Notes under the pieces: generated by a model
Databases searched by the model: none
What the model was told of the DNA's origin: nothing
What the model saw: the letters and a program-made list of their open reading frames with translations, nothing else
Position numbers and translations under genes: made by a program
Part shown: piece by piece, positions 61,949 to 64,000 of the stretch
How positions within the stretch are numbered: the first letter of the stretch is position 1
Layout: every line of letters starts with the position of its first letter
NCBI GenBank assembly: GCA_048013815.1
Contig: CM106586.1
Span: 6,200,001-6,264,000, forward strand
Direction: 5' to 3'
Origin: Setoptus koraiensis
Taxonomy: Eukaryota; Animalia; Arthropoda
DNA: 64,000 nt

Positions 61949-63911
61949 ATGTCAGGTAACGGAACAACTGTTGTGCCCTCGTCTAGGTCCAGCTCGCAAC
62001 TGTTGTGCTCATTATTGAGTTATGGCGCTTTTTATATTTGTGTCTGTGATTTTTGGAGAGATGAGTGTTTTAAGACATATGTCACTGACAACAACAAATC
62101 AGCGCCAGCCTCATTACAGGAGCATTATAATAGTAATAAGAAAAAAGTCAGTTGGAGCGACGATATTTTTGTCGTTGGCACCAGTAGCAAAAATGACAAT
62201 TTTAGGCAAATAGCTGCAACAACAATACAAACAAACCAAGACACTTCGTCAAAGCCAATTCTCAATTCGACAAGATTGAAATATTTCAACTTATTAAAGG
62301 TGTATGTCGAGTTGTATGCTGCACTTTACATTTCAATATTGTTGTCAATACAATATTATATTCAGCGCAACAAAATCAGTGATGAGTCCGATGATCTCAT
62401 TGGGCCCATGTTATCAATTAATATGAATAACAGCAGCTTTTTTAGTAGAGTAGACGAAGAATTTCAATGCAACCAACTAGCAACCACAAACGACTATTTG
62501 ACATATGTTATCGTTCTCATGGATCCGATGGTGTCAATGGACTCACTGAAACTTTGGCTCTATCCTCTGCAGTTAATGATCATAATATCGACATTAATTG
62601 AAGAGCAATGGTTTCGATCGGACCGCCACCGGGTGGTGCGAAGATTCATTAAATTTTCGGCCATTCTCGAAAGTGGATTCGATGACCTTGTCGATGATTA
62701 TCTGCTTGCGCTGGCCAGCAACACCATCCACGATATAGGTGCTAAGGTTGAAATATTACAAAGACTAGTCTTAGATAGTTACAAAAAAATACCCAAACAT
62801 ATCGTTGCAACGATACAATTTTATCCGGTGATAAATTTGAATCAATTGAAGAATGACAACACAAACAATGGTGAAAGCATGGAAACCTCGTTTTACATTC
62901 AATATAACAGATCGAGCAACATGCGCAAATCGACTTTTGACAGCAAAAAATCAATCAGTGTCGCCGATAATTATCTCGCCAGTCGACCTACAGCGACCAC
63001 AAGTGGGTCAGATGTGCGACGTTTCGTCGTAACTGTTGCTAGTTCAATACTGATAGCGCAAATGCTAATTAATTATGGCTATGTAATGACGCAACAGAGC
63101 CAGTGCGCCCATGGTCTCACTCTTATACAACAATTAACATTGTCTATACTTAAAGTATCTGTAATCAATATCTACTATATAATAACCGGTGTTCATATGT
63201 CTATCGTTCATGTGTTATACATTATCACAATGAAGATGACCACTGATCAATTACGTTTGCTGCACAAGGCCATGGATCAGTATGGTAATCAATTCAGTAA
63301 AAACGTTGACAGATCGTTTCGAGCGCAATATAGAACCATCAACGCTCACGATTCAAATGCTACATCGGATGTCGATTTAATAATAACTAATTTGTTGCGC
63401 ATCAATAATTACATCATTTGGAAAATCGACTGTTACAACGTGTTCTTTAGATTGGCCACAACATATTATTTTATTTGGAACATTGTATCCGCCATCGCTG
63501 CTGTTGCATATTCTATTCGTTCCTATAATATTATGAACAAATTCGAGATCTACTTTAGCGTCTTTCTGACCGCTGTCTATATAACTCTCTTGGCAACTTA
63601 CAACATGGGGGCCACTGTAAACAAGGAGGTAACTCAATATAGAATTTTCGAACAGTTTCTTTTTGCTCAAATTCACCTTACAAAGACTCATCCTTTGAAC
63701 TGATCATATTTTATGTCGTCTCTTTATTTATCGTTGCACACAGATCGAGTTGAACTACTCCAAATGGATGAAATTGTATTCTATTCTAATTCATCGAAGT
63801 CATTTGTCTATTAGGCAGGCCATCCTCAGAAATATATCGGTTTTATATAAATCAAGCTCATTGATTGGCGTACAAATGTTTGGGCGCGTGACTAAGGCCG
63901 GTTTGCTAATT
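61949..63911 (+). CDS. Multi-pass membrane protein, gustatory-receptor-like; exons 61949-63628, 63744-63911, 3' end unresolved at the window edge
   Basis: Several hydrophobic helices. The spliced C-terminal part ...IGVQMFGRVTKAGLLI| resembles the pre-TM7 G..F.IT...L segment of GRs, with phase-0 introns late in the gene. Confidence 0.55.
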
Positions 63912-64000
63912 GTAGGTATTCATGCCATGCCCAATGTCGATTCTCTAAATCTAATGTAAGCGCTCTTACATCAGATTGAAGATGATTGAATCAGACCCAT

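Overview
Eukaryotic animal genomic DNA with GT-AG introns. The compact, intron-poor genes suggest a mite-like arthropod (inference only). Layout: (1) 1-3.7 kb, two tandem spliced lysosomal/gastric-type lipase genes. (2) ~3.9-14.9 kb, a nested transposon island: a repeat family carrying GNA mini-hairpins, a Copia-like 3' LTR preceded by a transmembrane ORF, an inverted Copia RT fragment, a Helitron/Helentron-like DUF6570 pseudo-ORF, a Gypsy/Ginger-type integrase fragment and satellites, ending at a 500-N gap. (3) 15.4-30.5 kb, a gene-dense block with intact genes (LRR protein end, PSMC2/Rpt1, DMAC1-like, tetraspanin, intronless XPG) interleaved with decayed copies (an internally deleted mini-XPG, an HP1 pseudogene, an orphan ASAP exon) and a duplicated conserved non-coding block. 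(4) 36.7-57.4 kb, an intronless cycle/BMAL1 gene whose stop codon overlaps the stop codon of a convergent PDZ gene. That gene probably starts 17 kb away and encodes a single-pass mucin-like membrane protein with a periaxin/AHNAK-type PDZ domain. (5) >61.9 kb, a gustatory-receptor-like gene running off the window. All calls are by eye; no database searches were run.
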